From positions 15,901 to 79,900 of the forward strand of contig CAZJQT010000002.1 of assembly GCA_964548655.1 (NCBI GenBank): 64,000 bases of DNA, in the 5' to 3' direction. The translations under genes and the position numbers were made by a program. The stretch comes from an uncultured Candidatus Saccharibacteria bacterium (GTDB taxonomy: Bacteria; Patescibacteriota; Saccharimonadia; Saccharimonadales; CAZJQT01). The notes below the pieces were generated by a model, which ran no database searches, was not told where the DNA came from, and was given only the letters and a program-made list of their open reading frames with translations. Shown in pieces: positions 30,339-40,363 of this stretch. Every line of letters starts with the position of its first letter. The first letter of the stretch is position 1.

Positions 30339-31289
30339 ATGCCAACAAAAGCCCACAGGCATACTGGGCGCATAAAACCAAAATCTATCCTCAAACACGA
30401 ACATCGCCATTATTGGCCTTATATTCCGATGTTGGTGATGTTAGTGGTAGTTCTATTTTCCAGCTTTGCTCAGCCAATGATCAAGCGCCATGTTTTGGCC
30501 TATGCCACTAGCATGAGTAGCGATGCTTTGCTGAGTGCTACTAACACCCAGCGTGATCAAAATGGTGTGGCCAGCCTAAATATAAACGGTGATCTGACGG
30601 CGGCGGCCCAGGCCAAAGCCAATGACATGGTAAAACGCAACTATTGGTCTCATAACACACCCGACGGCCAAGAACCCTGGGTTTTTATCCAAGCAACCGG
30701 CTATAAATACACTAAAGCTGGTGAAAACCTGGCCTACGGCTTTGATAATAGTAACGACGCCGTGACTGGCTGGATGAATAGCCCTTCGCACCGCGATAAC
30801 TTGCTAGACAGCGCTTTTAGTGATGTTGGCTTTGGCTACGCCAATAGTGACAACTTCAATAGTAGCGGTCCAGAAACGGTGGTAGTGGCTATGTACGGCA
30901 AACCGCAAGTATTAGCAGCCACCCAAGCTGTTGCGCCAACACCAACCAAACCAGTTCAAGCTGCACCGACCCAGGCGCCAACCACCAAAACTGAAACACC
31001 AGCCGTTAAGCCAGTTAGTTCCGATCAACCCGTTAAGGAACCAGCTACTCAACAGATCGCCCGAGTTCAGAACCTATCCAGCGGACACGCGCCATGGACT
31101 GCCTTTGCTGCCACCATGTTGAGCGGACTGGCCATTGGTGCTTTGCTCATTAAATATTCTGCCAGAATCAGGCATTTGATTCGGGATAGCGAAAAGTTTG
31201 TCTTACATCACCCAGCCTGGGATTCGTTGTTGGTTAGCTTGGTTTTGCTAGGCATATTCCTTAGCCAAACCACCGGTTTCATCCGCTAA
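30339..31289 (+). CDS. CAP/SCP (YkwD-like) domain protein with N-terminal TM, Pro/Thr/Ala linker and C-terminal TM region
   Basis: NYWSHNTPDG..., GENLAYGF and WMNSPSHRDNLL motifs. The ORF-track start at 30225 looks like read-through, so I prefer the ATG at 30339 (MPTKAH...). Confidence 0.75.
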   Translation: MPTKAHRHTGRIKPKSILKHEHRHYWPYIPMLVMLVVVLFSSFAQPMIKRHVLAYATSMSSDALLSATNTQRDQNGVASLNINGDLTAAAQAKANDMVKRNYWSHNTPDGQEPWVFIQATGYKYTKAGENLAYGFDNSNDAVTGWMNSPSHRDNLLDSAFSDVGFGYANSDNFNSSGPETVVVAMYGKPQVLAATQAVAPTPTKPVQAAPTQAPTTKTETPAVKPVSSDQPVKEPATQQIARVQNLSSGHAPWTAFAATMLSGLAIGALLIKYSARIRHLIRDSEKFVLHHPAWDSLLVSLVLLGIFLSQTTGFIR

Positions 31290-31294
31290 GACTC

Positions 31295-34200
31295 TTATTG
31301 CAACTTGACGTGCTCTTTGCCAACAACAGTTATCAGTTCTTCCAAGCCTGGCTTGTGGTCAATCTTGTTAGGCAGTCGGATTATTTGTTTCTGTTGATCA
31401 CCAATCACTAAAACTACCTCTGTTTCACCGGGGTACTCGTCAATAGTGCGCTTCAAGGATTTAAGCTGATCCTCATCGTTGCTACTAACTAGTCTGACAT
31501 AGATTCTCTGGTTTGCAGGCTCAACTTTTTCGGGAGTTTTGGTCGGCGCTTTTTTGGTTGATTTAATTTTTTTGGCATCGTCTAGATCGACGGCTTTAAC
31601 ATGGTCAACCAGAACCTTGATCTCGTCGGTAGCATTGCCAGCCCGGTCTTTGGTATTGACCTTGCCCTTGGCTAGGATTATCCGGTCGCGTACTATCAAA
31701 TCTTTTTGTTTGTCATAGGCTTTGGGGAATAAAATTAGTTCAATTTCGCCAAATTGATCGCTAAGTTTAACAAAAGCCATTTTTTGACCATTTTTGGTGA
31801 CTATTTCTCTAACATCGGTAATGTTACCACCAACCGTAACCGTCTTGTTATCATCGGCTCTCTTTATAGTGTTGATTGGCGTAGTTTTCTGGGCCAAAAA
31901 CTGTTGATATTCATCGAGTGGGTGTTGACTGAGATAAACACCTAGTAGTTCACGTTCCCAAAGCAACTGTTCGGCTTGAGCAACTGGTACGACATCCCTA
32001 TTAAGGGCAAGCGTAGCTTTGACCTGAGCAGCCTCAAGCTGGTCGCCAAACAGATCGGTTTGACCGCTAGCGGCATCTTTTTGGAGTTTAGTCGCGTAGG
32101 CGCTCAAAACATCCAGATTGGCAAGCAACATACCACGTTCTCCGAAACTATCGAAAGCCCCAGCTTTGATAAGACTTTCGAGCGACTTTTTATTTACCGT
32201 ACGAACATTAACGCTACCAAAGAAGGTTTCGAGACTATCGAAACTGCCAACTTCCTCGCGAACACGTATGATTTCCTCGGCCGCGTTAGCACCAACGTTT
32301 TTGATGGCATGCAAGCCAAAGCGGATTTGCTGTTTGCCTGGTACGACCGCAAATTCCAAAAACGATTCATTAATATCGGGGGGCAGAACTTCAATACCAT
32401 AGTTCTTACACTCGTTAATTTCTATGGCCAATCTATCAATATTGTCATAATCACTGGTCATCAATGCGGCCATGAAAGCTGCCGGATAGTGAGCCTTGAG
32501 GTAGGCCGTCCAATAGGCAATCAAGGCATAGCAAGCCGCGTGGGCTTTAGGGAAAGCATATGAAGCAAAGGCTTCCAACTGCTTCCAGAAGCGTTCCATG
32601 TCACCACGGTCCGCGCCGACAGTTTTGATAGCGCCTTCAATGAATTCGTTGCGGTATTTAGCCAGAACCTCGGGTATTTTCTTACCAATGCCCTTGCGCA
32701 AGCTGTCGGCCTGACCACCGGTGAAGCCGCACATCTCCTTACTGATCTGCATGACCTGCTCCTGGTAAACAATCACACCGTAGGTGTTAGCTAAGGCCGG
32801 TTCCATGGCTGGGTGAGTATAGCTAATGGCCTTTTCGCCGTGTTTACGGGCTATAAAGTCTTCAATCCATTGCATTGGACCCGGTCGGTACAAAGCATTC
32901 ATGGCTATCAAGTCCTCAAATTTAGTGGGTTTTAATTGCTTGAGATAGCGTTTCATACCGGCTGATTCAAACTGGAAAACGCCGGTTGTACCGCCATCTT
33001 GAAACAGCTTAAAGGTAGTTTCATCGTCTAAGGGAATGTCGTCAACCTTTAGACTTTTGTCGTAAACTTTTTTGACTATCCTTAGAGCGTTCTTGATGAT
33101 AGTCAAATTAGACAAACCCAAAAAGTCCATTTTAAGCAAGCCGAGCTCTTCAATTGGCCCCATCGAATATTGGGTAGCAACCACGCCCTTTTGAGCCATT
33201 TCCAAGGGGACAAACTTAACTATATCGTCCGGTGCAATTACCACCCCCGCCGCATGGACGCCATGGCTACGAATTGTGCCCTCCAATCGCATAGCCTGGT
33301 CCAACACGGTCTTGGCAGTTTCATTTGATTCATATTCAGCTTTTAGAGCCTGGTCATCTACCAGTGACTTCTTGAGAGGAATGTGGCGTCCTTGTACCGG
33401 TTGTGGGATCATCTTGGCCAAGCGATCGGCTTCAGCGTAGGGCACTTGCAGCACACGCGCCACATCGCGGACGGCGTTGCGAGCAAACATGCGGCCAAAA
33501 GTAACAATATTGGCTACCCTGTCGGCGCCATATTTATTCACGCAGTAGTTAATAACTTCTTCGCGACGCGTATCTTGGATGTCAATATCAATATCTGGCA
33601 TCGAGATACGGTCGGGATTGAGGAAGCGCTCAAACAAGAGATCGTATTTGAGTGGATCAAGTTCAGTTATGTTAAGAGCATAGGAAATAATCGAACCGGC
33701 AGCCGAACCCCTGCCAGGACCAAAGACTATGCCTTTTTGCTTGCCCCAGTTCACAAAATCTTGAATGATCAAAAAATAGCCATTGAAACTCATTTGATCG
33801 ATAACGCCTAACTCATAAGCCGCCCGTTCGACCACTTCGGCTGGCAATTTTTGTTTGGCGGCCTCTTGGCTCAAGTCAGCAGTTTTACTGCGAGCGACGT
33901 TACCGTAGCGCCAAGCCAGACCTTGGTAGACTAGGTCATGCAAATGGCTACGCTCAGTTTTGCCTTTGGGCACGGTGAACTGAGGGATCAAAATATTGCC
34001 AAGGTCAATTTCAAGGTTGCAACGCTCGGCGACAGTCCGTGTATTGGTGATCAATTCCGGATGTTCAACACCCCAGCGGCTGATGACTTCGTTGGCTGGA
34101 GTAACATGCAAAGGGAAATCCTTGAGTGACATGCGTTTGTCATCACTCAGATATGAGCCGGTGCCAACGCATAATAAAATCTCGTGAGCTTCTTGATCCT

Positions 34201-34876
34201 CGTGCCGCAAATAATGAGCATCACAAGTCACGACAGCTGGTATCTTTAGTTCTTTGGCCAGCTCCAGAACCTGATTGTTGACTTGCTCTTGCTCGGCGTT
34301 GTGCATTGGATTCTTGGGGTGGCCATGGTCTTGTACCTCCAAATAGTAACGATCACCAAAAACACTCTTGTACCATTTGGCTATTTCTTGGGCTTGTTTG
34401 TATTGGTTTTGCTTGAGAGCATCACCAATTTCACCACCCATACAGCCACTTAGAATAATCAGGCCTTCGTTATATTTTTCTAACAATTCGTGATCGATCC
34501 GGGGGTAGTAATAAAAGCCATCAAGATTGGCTATGGTACTGAGTCGCATCAGGTTTTGATAGCCGATTTTGTTGGTGGCCAAAATTATCAGATGATAACG
34601 GTTTTTGTCTTTGGTTGGGTCTTTATCGGTGTGATTGCGAGCCGCAACGTAAGCTTCCATGCCTATAATCGGCTGGATTTCGTGGTTAATGGCTTCTTTG
34701 TAAAATTCAATGGCACCAGACAAGGTACCGTGGTCAGTCATAGCCACGGCTGGCATACCTTGCTCGGTGACATAGTCCATTAACTGGTCAACTCGAGTTA
34801 AACCATCCAGCAAGCTGTACTGGGTGTGATTATGCAAATGGACATAGTCCTTGGCCGTCAGTTGAGTACTTTTCAT
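31295..34876 (-). CDS. dnaE: DNA polymerase III alpha subunit
   Basis: PHP domain HLHNHTQYSLLDG, polymerase core, and an OB fold near the C-terminus. Confidence 0.95.
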   Translation of the reverse strand: MKSTQLTAKDYVHLHNHTQYSLLDGLTRVDQLMDYVTEQGMPAVAMTDHGTLSGAIEFYKEAINHEIQPIIGMEAYVAARNHTDKDPTKDKNRYHLIILATNKIGYQNLMRLSTIANLDGFYYYPRIDHELLEKYNEGLIILSGCMGGEIGDALKQNQYKQAQEIAKWYKSVFGDRYYLEVQDHGHPKNPMHNAEQEQVNNQVLELAKELKIPAVVTCDAHYLRHEDQEAHEILLCVGTGSYLSDDKRMSLKDFPLHVTPANEVISRWGVEHPELITNTRTVAERCNLEIDLGNILIPQFTVPKGKTERSHLHDLVYQGLAWRYGNVARSKTADLSQEAAKQKLPAEVVERAAYELGVIDQMSFNGYFLIIQDFVNWGKQKGIVFGPGRGSAAGSIISYALNITELDPLKYDLLFERFLNPDRISMPDIDIDIQDTRREEVINYCVNKYGADRVANIVTFGRMFARNAVRDVARVLQVPYAEADRLAKMIPQPVQGRHIPLKKSLVDDQALKAEYESNETAKTVLDQAMRLEGTIRSHGVHAAGVVIAPDDIVKFVPLEMAQKGVVATQYSMGPIEELGLLKMDFLGLSNLTIIKNALRIVKKVYDKSLKVDDIPLDDETTFKLFQDGGTTGVFQFESAGMKRYLKQLKPTKFEDLIAMNALYRPGPMQWIEDFIARKHGEKAISYTHPAMEPALANTYGVIVYQEQVMQISKEMCGFTGGQADSLRKGIGKKIPEVLAKYRNEFIEGAIKTVGADRGDMERFWKQLEAFASYAFPKAHAACYALIAYWTAYLKAHYPAAFMAALMTSDYDNIDRLAIEINECKNYGIEVLPPDINESFLEFAVVPGKQQIRFGLHAIKNVGANAAEEIIRVREEVGSFDSLETFFGSVNVRTVNKKSLESLIKAGAFDSFGERGMLLANLDVLSAYATKLQKDAASGQTDLFGDQLEAAQVKATLALNRDVVPVAQAEQLLWERELLGVYLSQHPLDEYQQFLAQKTTPINTIKRADDNKTVTVGGNITDVREIVTKNGQKMAFVKLSDQFGEIELILFPKAYDKQKDLIVRDRIILAKGKVNTKDRAGNATDEIKVLVDHVKAVDLDDAKKIKSTKKAPTKTPEKVEPANQRIYVRLVSSNDEDQLKSLKRTIDEYPGETEVVLVIGDQQKQIIRLPNKIDHKPGLEELITVVGKEHVKLQ

Positions 34877-34946
34877 CTTCCCTTTTGTCTCTTTATTCTA
34901 AAGCAAAACCACATTTCTGAGGAGACGTACAGGTTATATTACAACG

Positions 34947-35216
34947 CTAGTTGGTGTTTTGCTGGATTGAATGGCGAACATTATTAACCACTCTGTTTAT
35001 CAGTGGTACATGCTGAAAGAAGGACAATAGCCAGAGCATCAAGGCTACTACTATGGTGGCACCGATCACACCTCCCAGACCACCCAAGACACCTTTGATA
35101 AAACTCATCTTATAGGCCTGATTTCTATCTATATAGCCCGACTCGTAGATATTAAGCAGCATCTGCCCCAGCTGCTCGTGCGACTTAGAGTGGTTATTCT
35201 TAGGCTGTTTTGCCAA
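34947..35216 (-). CDS. small membrane protein (89 aa)
   Basis: C-terminal Gly-rich TM segment GVLGGLGGVIGATIVVALMLWLL. Confidence 0.55.
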   Translation of the reverse strand: MAKQPKNNHSKSHEQLGQMLLNIYESGYIDRNQAYKMSFIKGVLGGLGGVIGATIVVALMLWLLSFFQHVPLINRVVNNVRHSIQQNTN

Positions 35217-35604
35217 TGTAGTTCTTTAGATGCGCGACGGCTTTTTTGACGTCATCAACGGCTTTTTGCAGGTCTTTGTCATCGGCTTCGCCCTCATGAA
35301 TAGCTGATAATATCTCACGAGTTTTTTGGCGGATTTTCTCGGCTTGATCAACTGCTGACTTGAACTCGCCCGAAACTTTATCCTTAGACCGACCAATTTG
35401 TTGATTGGCTTTTTCAAGCAGATCGGACAAATCACTATGAGCACTCTTAAGCTTGCGTTCGGCTTCAGTTTTAGCCTTGAGGGCTGCCCGGCGGAGGTCC
35501 TTGCGAGTCTCGCGTCCGCTTTTGGGTGCTGTTAATATGCCAGCCGCATAACTAATGCCAGCCAGAATTACCCCACCAATTGCTAGGTTACGCTTCTTAA
35601 CCAT
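35200..35604 (-). CDS. YtxH-domain protein
   Basis: MVKKRNLAIGGVILAGISYAAGILTAPKSGRETRKDL is the YtxH signature. I chose the start at 35604 because GGAGGAG lies upstream of it. Confidence 0.75.
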   Translation of the reverse strand: MVKKRNLAIGGVILAGISYAAGILTAPKSGRETRKDLRRAALKAKTEAERKLKSAHSDLSDLLEKANQQIGRSKDKVSGEFKSAVDQAEKIRQKTREILSAIHEGEADDKDLQKAVDDVKKAVAHLKNYIGKTA

Positions 35605-35875
35605 CGTGCTCCTCCGATTTACTTGATTTCTTATGCTTGAAGACAACATCTGAAATATTTGAAAACAGTTTTACGATAGCAGCTGGTCCGGCGGTATAGC
35701 GAAAGAACTCGCCGACGTTCTCGGCGGTATTTATTAACTTTTCAGCTTTTTCTGAAATAACTTTCAGATGATTGAGAATCTGAATTAATTTTACTAGAGC
35801 CACTATGCCTAAAATCAGAAAGATAGCCAAAGTTGCCGACAATATAATTACCAGAATCTGTTCGCTGTTACCCAT
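35597..35875 (-). CDS. DUF948-like membrane protein
   Basis: The single TM plus coiled-coil layout commonly sits next to YtxH. I chose the start at 35875 (MGNSEQ...). Confidence 0.6.
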   Translation of the reverse strand: MGNSEQILVIILSATLAIFLILGIVALVKLIQILNHLKVISEKAEKLINTAENVGEFFRYTAGPAAIVKLFSNISDVVFKHKKSSKSEEHDG

Positions 35876-35971
35876 TTGTACATCTATTGTACCATTGTCT
35901 AAAAAAGCAAAACAATGATCACAGAAAACTTTACTTGCTATGCCACATAAACGGAGTATAATCAAGTTTCT

Positions 35972-36697
35972 ATGGAATCTTCACTCAACAGCCCGAATTT
36001 TTCCAACTACCGCCCTGAGCTAATTGATAATGTCAGCTTCGTTGCCAACCGTTTGTATAACAATGATTACGAATACCATAATTGGCAACACATCGAAAAC
36101 ACCTTGACCGAAGCTAGACGATTAGTAACGTTCTGCGGTGAGAATGGCTTAGTTGTAGATCAAGAAGTGGTGGAGCTGGCTGTACTATTGCACGACGCTC
36201 TGTTTGACGTGCCTGAAGACATACACCCCCACCAAAGTAAAGAGGAATTTTCAGCCGCTGTGACAGCAGATGTGTTACAGGGTTTCCCAGTTTCAGCAGA
36301 CAAAACTAGCCACGTTCAAGCCTGCATATTAAGCACTCAGAGGGGCGTACAATGCACTAGTCCAGAAGCTATAGTTGTCCGTCGAGCTGATTTAGCGAAC
36401 GTAGCTGATAATTTTGATGTCTTCATGGAAAACGCCGGTAAACTTCTGAAGGAATTCCGGCGTATCAATGGCAAGGATATGCCTATCGAACAATGGGTCA
36501 ACGGCATAAAACAAAACCTGGACGATTACTTCTCTGAAAATTTGAGCCTGGGAGATTTCGACCGCGATCGCGCTGGCTTTAACCCTTTCGTACGCGGCTA
36601 TAAGCGAAACATTGCTCGGCTAAACAGAGAAATTGCCGATGCTGCACGGCAAAACTATGACAAAATTCGTAGCAAGCTGTTCCCGCAAGCCGCTTAA
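35972..36697 (+). CDS. HD-domain phosphohydrolase-like protein
   Basis: H...HD pattern: HNWQHIENT ... LAVLLHDALFD. Confidence 0.6.
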   Translation: MESSLNSPNFSNYRPELIDNVSFVANRLYNNDYEYHNWQHIENTLTEARRLVTFCGENGLVVDQEVVELAVLLHDALFDVPEDIHPHQSKEEFSAAVTADVLQGFPVSADKTSHVQACILSTQRGVQCTSPEAIVVRRADLANVADNFDVFMENAGKLLKEFRRINGKDMPIEQWVNGIKQNLDDYFSENLSLGDFDRDRAGFNPFVRGYKRNIARLNREIADAARQNYDKIRSKLFPQAA

Positions 36698-38148
36698 ATT
36701 CCAAGTTGCTTCTTGATCAACTTTTGGGCTAGGCCGGGGTTGGCTTGGCCTCTTGACTGCTTCATAACTTGGCCGACTAAAAAGCCGATAGCCTTCATTT
36801 CGCCCTTCTTAACATCTTCGGCTGGTTTAGGATTGTCTTTAATCACTTGAGCGACAATTTTAGTAAGCTCGCTTTCATCCGAAAGCTGCAGGACTGATTT
36901 AGCTTTGGCTATCTCTGCTGGCTTACCACCTGAACCGAGCATTTCTAGCAAAACTACCTTGGCCCCAGACGAGCTGACTTTGCCAGCACTCACTAGTTCT
37001 GCTAGTTCAATTAGATGTGCGGGCTCTAGTTTTAGACTTTCCCAGCTTAGTTTGTCGTTAGAGACTAACGCTTGAACGTCGCCCACCAGCCAATTAGCTA
37101 TTTTCCTGACTAGCTCTGGCTTAACTTTTTGGTCTATCAGTTTAATTATCACTTTTCCGGCCGGGATCTCATCTAGCAAAGTTTCGATTGAGGCCGGGTC
37201 AAGCTCAAGCGCTTGCAGGCGACCGCGGATAGTACCAGGCAAAGCTGGCATATTCTTTTGGACTTCATCAACTTGTTGACCACTCAAAACAACCGGGGGC
37301 AAATCAGGTTCAGGGAAATAGCGATAATCATGGGCTTCTTCTTTGCCGCGTTGCGAAAAAGTCTTTTGCTTGGCATCATCCCAACCACGTGTTTCCTGGA
37401 CAATCAACTGACCCTTTTCTAAAAGTTCAATTTGGCGTTCTACCTCATACTCGACGGCTTTTTCAACACTTCGGAAAGAGTTCAAGTTCTTGGTTTCAGT
37501 CCGAGTACCAAGCTGTTCATCCTTGTTAACTGATACATTGACATCAAAGCGCATATTGCCGTGATAGAGGTCGGCATCCGAAACATCGGCGTAGCGCATT
37601 AATAGCCATAACTCACGGACATAGGCTTTGGCTTCGACTGAGGAATGCATGTCCGGTTCAGAGACAATCTCCAAGAGCGGTGTGCCTGCCCGGTTCAGAT
37701 CGACGAGGCTATAGTCAGCCCCGGTCGGGTGAGTGGTCTTGCCAGCATCTTCTTCCAGATGGGCCCGGGTAATATTGACCCGTTTAGGTTGGCCGTTGAC
37801 ATTAATATCAACCAAGCCACCGACAACGATTGGCTGATCGAATTGTGTAATCTGGTAGCCCTTAGGCAAGTCTGGATAAAAATAATGTTTACGATCAAAC
37901 TTACTAAAGTGCTGTGGCTTAGTATTGAGGGCAAAAGCGGCCTTGATAGCTAGGTTAATAGCTGCTTCATTCAAAACCGGCAAAGCGCCAGGCATACCCA
38001 AGTCAATGTGACTTATTAGAGTGTTAGGCGCAGCCTCGCGAGCATCATTATTAACAGCCGAGAACAACTTGGTCTTTGTCTTGAGCTGGACATGGCACTC
38101 AATGCCAATCGTCACTTTGTATTTAGAGCGGGCTTCTTTACTTATCAT
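36694..38148 (-). CDS. gatB: Asp/Glu-tRNA amidotransferase subunit B
   Basis: GIECHVQL..., GMPGALPVLN, and a C-terminal YqeY-like domain. Confidence 0.95.
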   Translation of the reverse strand: MISKEARSKYKVTIGIECHVQLKTKTKLFSAVNNDAREAAPNTLISHIDLGMPGALPVLNEAAINLAIKAAFALNTKPQHFSKFDRKHYFYPDLPKGYQITQFDQPIVVGGLVDINVNGQPKRVNITRAHLEEDAGKTTHPTGADYSLVDLNRAGTPLLEIVSEPDMHSSVEAKAYVRELWLLMRYADVSDADLYHGNMRFDVNVSVNKDEQLGTRTETKNLNSFRSVEKAVEYEVERQIELLEKGQLIVQETRGWDDAKQKTFSQRGKEEAHDYRYFPEPDLPPVVLSGQQVDEVQKNMPALPGTIRGRLQALELDPASIETLLDEIPAGKVIIKLIDQKVKPELVRKIANWLVGDVQALVSNDKLSWESLKLEPAHLIELAELVSAGKVSSSGAKVVLLEMLGSGGKPAEIAKAKSVLQLSDESELTKIVAQVIKDNPKPAEDVKKGEMKAIGFLVGQVMKQSRGQANPGLAQKLIKKQLGI

Positions 38149-38563
38149 TCGGCAAGGCTCCTAGATCCTTCAGAGCTTCACGGTAACTAATCAGCGCTTC
38201 TTTGACTACTGATTCGTTGAGCTTGACTTTATCTGGCCGCTCATTGAGTTGTTTGACAAGGTTGTGAGCTTGCCAGACATCATCATTGTCTTTAAATAAT
38301 CGTTGCGCCGATACCAGACGCGCGCCCATGGATTTGCCCTTGATGCGCTTTTTCCGAAGGGCTTTGTCTAACAATTTATCAGCCGCCCTTAGTGCTTGTG
38401 GCCAAGTTGTCTTATCACGGCAATACAATTGAAGTTCCCGCCACCGGAGGACGAATTTTGGTTTTTTGAGCCGTTTTGACAATAATCGGTAAACAAATAA
38501 GACGATAGCTATCAAAACAAGCGCTGACGCTGCGCCTAGTTCAGCCAAAATAAGTTTGCTCAT
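38138..38563 (-). CDS. single-pass membrane protein of unknown function embedded in gatCAB
   Basis: 141-aa ORF with an N-terminal TM segment (LGAASALVLIAIVLFVY). It overlaps gatA by 4 nt and gatB by 11 nt. Confidence 0.7.
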   Translation of the reverse strand: MSKLILAELGAASALVLIAIVLFVYRLLSKRLKKPKFVLRWRELQLYCRDKTTWPQALRAADKLLDKALRKKRIKGKSMGARLVSAQRLFKDNDDVWQAHNLVKQLNERPDKVKLNESVVKEALISYREALKDLGALPNDK

Positions 38564-39981
38564 GTCAGTAACTCCTCAACCGAAGCCGCCAAACCAAGCA
38601 ATGACCGGTCAGCTTTTTGTGGTGCCATTAATTGCAAGCCGACTGGCAAGCCGTTAGCTTTGCCAGACGGTAAGCTTATGGATGGGATGCCGGTTAGGTT
38701 GGCAGCTACCGTCATAATATCTGTCAGATACATTTTGAGCGGATCATCAACGTTAGCACCAATTGCAAAAGCAACCGATGGTGCCGTCGGACCAAGCAAA
38801 AAATCAACTTTTTTGAACACTTGATTAAATTCGTCTATTAGTTTGGTACGGAGTTGCTGTGCCCTTTTGTAATACGCGTCGTAGTAGCCACTGGATAGAA
38901 CGTAAGTACCGATCATAATGCGCCGTTTAGCTTCCTGGCCAAAGCCCTCACTTCTCGACCAGTTGTAGCTATCGTCTAGGCTCTTAGCCTCTTTAGAACT
39001 GTGACCATAACGCTGACCATCATAGCGGCTAAGATTACTGCTGACTTCAGCCGGCATAATTATGTAATAAGCTGCTAACGCTAAAGGTAGTGAAGGCAAA
39101 CTAACTTCGGTTATTTCAGCACCAGCCTGTTTTAGCTGGTTTATATTATCTCCTATAATTTGTCTAACTGCGGGGTCCAAACCTTCGCCCATGTACTCTT
39201 TGATAACGCCTATTTTGGCACCTTTTATGTCCTTTGTGCCGACATAACTTTTTGGATCACGCTTAATGCTAGTTGAATCCAGTCCGTCTTGATCTGCCAT
39301 AACGTCTAGCACATAGGCTGCGTCAACTACCGTTTTAGCCAAGGGCCCAATTACGTCCGTACTGCTGGCCATAGCAATCACACCACTGCGCGATACTAAG
39401 CCATAGGTCGGCTTATAGCCAACAGCACCGCAGAAAGCAGCTGGCAAGCGGATAGAACCACCGGTATCAGTGCCGAGCGCAAAAGGCACCATATCTAGAA
39501 TCACCGAAGCCGCTGAACCACCGCTACTGCCACCCGGCACACGAGATTTGTCGTGCGGGTTTTTAGTAGTCATAAAATCCGAGTTTTCAGTTGATGAGCC
39601 GTGGGCGAAGGCGTCCAAATTAGCTTTAGCTACGCAGATAGCGCCCTCGGCCTCAAGTTTTTCAATGGCCGTAGCCTGGTAAGGCGCTTCAAAACCTTTG
39701 AGAATGTTGCTGGCAGCGGTAGTTTCTGAGTCGAAGGTCAAAAAGTTGTCTTTAGCTATGAAAGGCACTCCGGCCAGCCGTCCGATCTTCTTACCTTTTG
39801 AGATGTCCGAATCAATTTGCTTAGCCCGCTCCACGGCGCGATCTTTGATAACGCTAATAACAGCATTGAAATCCTGCTCTTTCTCGATAGTCTTGAGGGC
39901 TTTATGCACTAGCTCAGTGGCTGTTTGCTTGCCGGACTGAACATCGTCAGCAATACTAGCAATAGATGGCCACTGGCTCAT
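38560..39981 (-). CDS. gatA: Asp/Glu-tRNA amidotransferase subunit A
   Basis: Amidase signature GGSSGGSAA. Confidence 0.95.
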   Translation of the reverse strand: MSQWPSIASIADDVQSGKQTATELVHKALKTIEKEQDFNAVISVIKDRAVERAKQIDSDISKGKKIGRLAGVPFIAKDNFLTFDSETTAASNILKGFEAPYQATAIEKLEAEGAICVAKANLDAFAHGSSTENSDFMTTKNPHDKSRVPGGSSGGSAASVILDMVPFALGTDTGGSIRLPAAFCGAVGYKPTYGLVSRSGVIAMASSTDVIGPLAKTVVDAAYVLDVMADQDGLDSTSIKRDPKSYVGTKDIKGAKIGVIKEYMGEGLDPAVRQIIGDNINQLKQAGAEITEVSLPSLPLALAAYYIIMPAEVSSNLSRYDGQRYGHSSKEAKSLDDSYNWSRSEGFGQEAKRRIMIGTYVLSSGYYDAYYKRAQQLRTKLIDEFNQVFKKVDFLLGPTAPSVAFAIGANVDDPLKMYLTDIMTVAANLTGIPSISLPSGKANGLPVGLQLMAPQKADRSLLGLAASVEELLT

Positions 39982-40268
39982 AGGATCCTTTTTACTTTTA
40001 TGTGGCCGTCTTTGGTAGCCGGTGCGTTTTTCAGCAAGTCTTTAGTACTAACGCCGTAGTCGATTGCCGTGTCAGACCGCATAACATTAGTCAGCCCAGT
40101 GACTTGACTGGTCGGCTCGAGATCTCTTAGATCAAGTTTTTGTAACTGCTCAACATAACCCAAGATAGACGAAATTTCGGTTTGAAATTTGTCGACTTCC
40201 TCATCAGACAACTGCAGTCGCGCCAGTCGCGCCAATCTTAAAACATCGTCCTTAGAAAGTTTTGCCAT
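39978..40268 (-). CDS. gatC: Asp/Glu-tRNA amidotransferase subunit C
   Basis: 96 aa, ...LARLARLQLSDEE...; 4-nt overlap with gatA. Confidence 0.9.
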   Translation of the reverse strand: MAKLSKDDVLRLARLARLQLSDEEVDKFQTEISSILGYVEQLQKLDLRDLEPTSQVTGLTNVMRSDTAIDYGVSTKDLLKNAPATKDGHIKVKRIL

Positions 40269-40304
40269 TTCCTAACAGTATATCAAAGAAGTAAAATTGA
40301 TACC

Positions 40305-40333
40305 TTTACAATGTTTTTAGGCAGGACTACAAT
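40305..40333 (+). promoter_or_regulatory. candidate promoter of the 358-aa gene
   Basis: TTTACA, 17-nt spacer, TACAAT; 30 nt upstream of the ATG at 40364. Confidence 0.4.
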
Positions 40334-40363
40334 AAACTAAAGCTTGGAGCCTAAATCAAAACT

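Noticed and set aside
31976-32563. 195-aa plus-strand ORF antisense to dnaE, plus other antisense ORFs inside dnaE
   Set aside because: These are shadow ORFs within an unambiguous dnaE reading frame.
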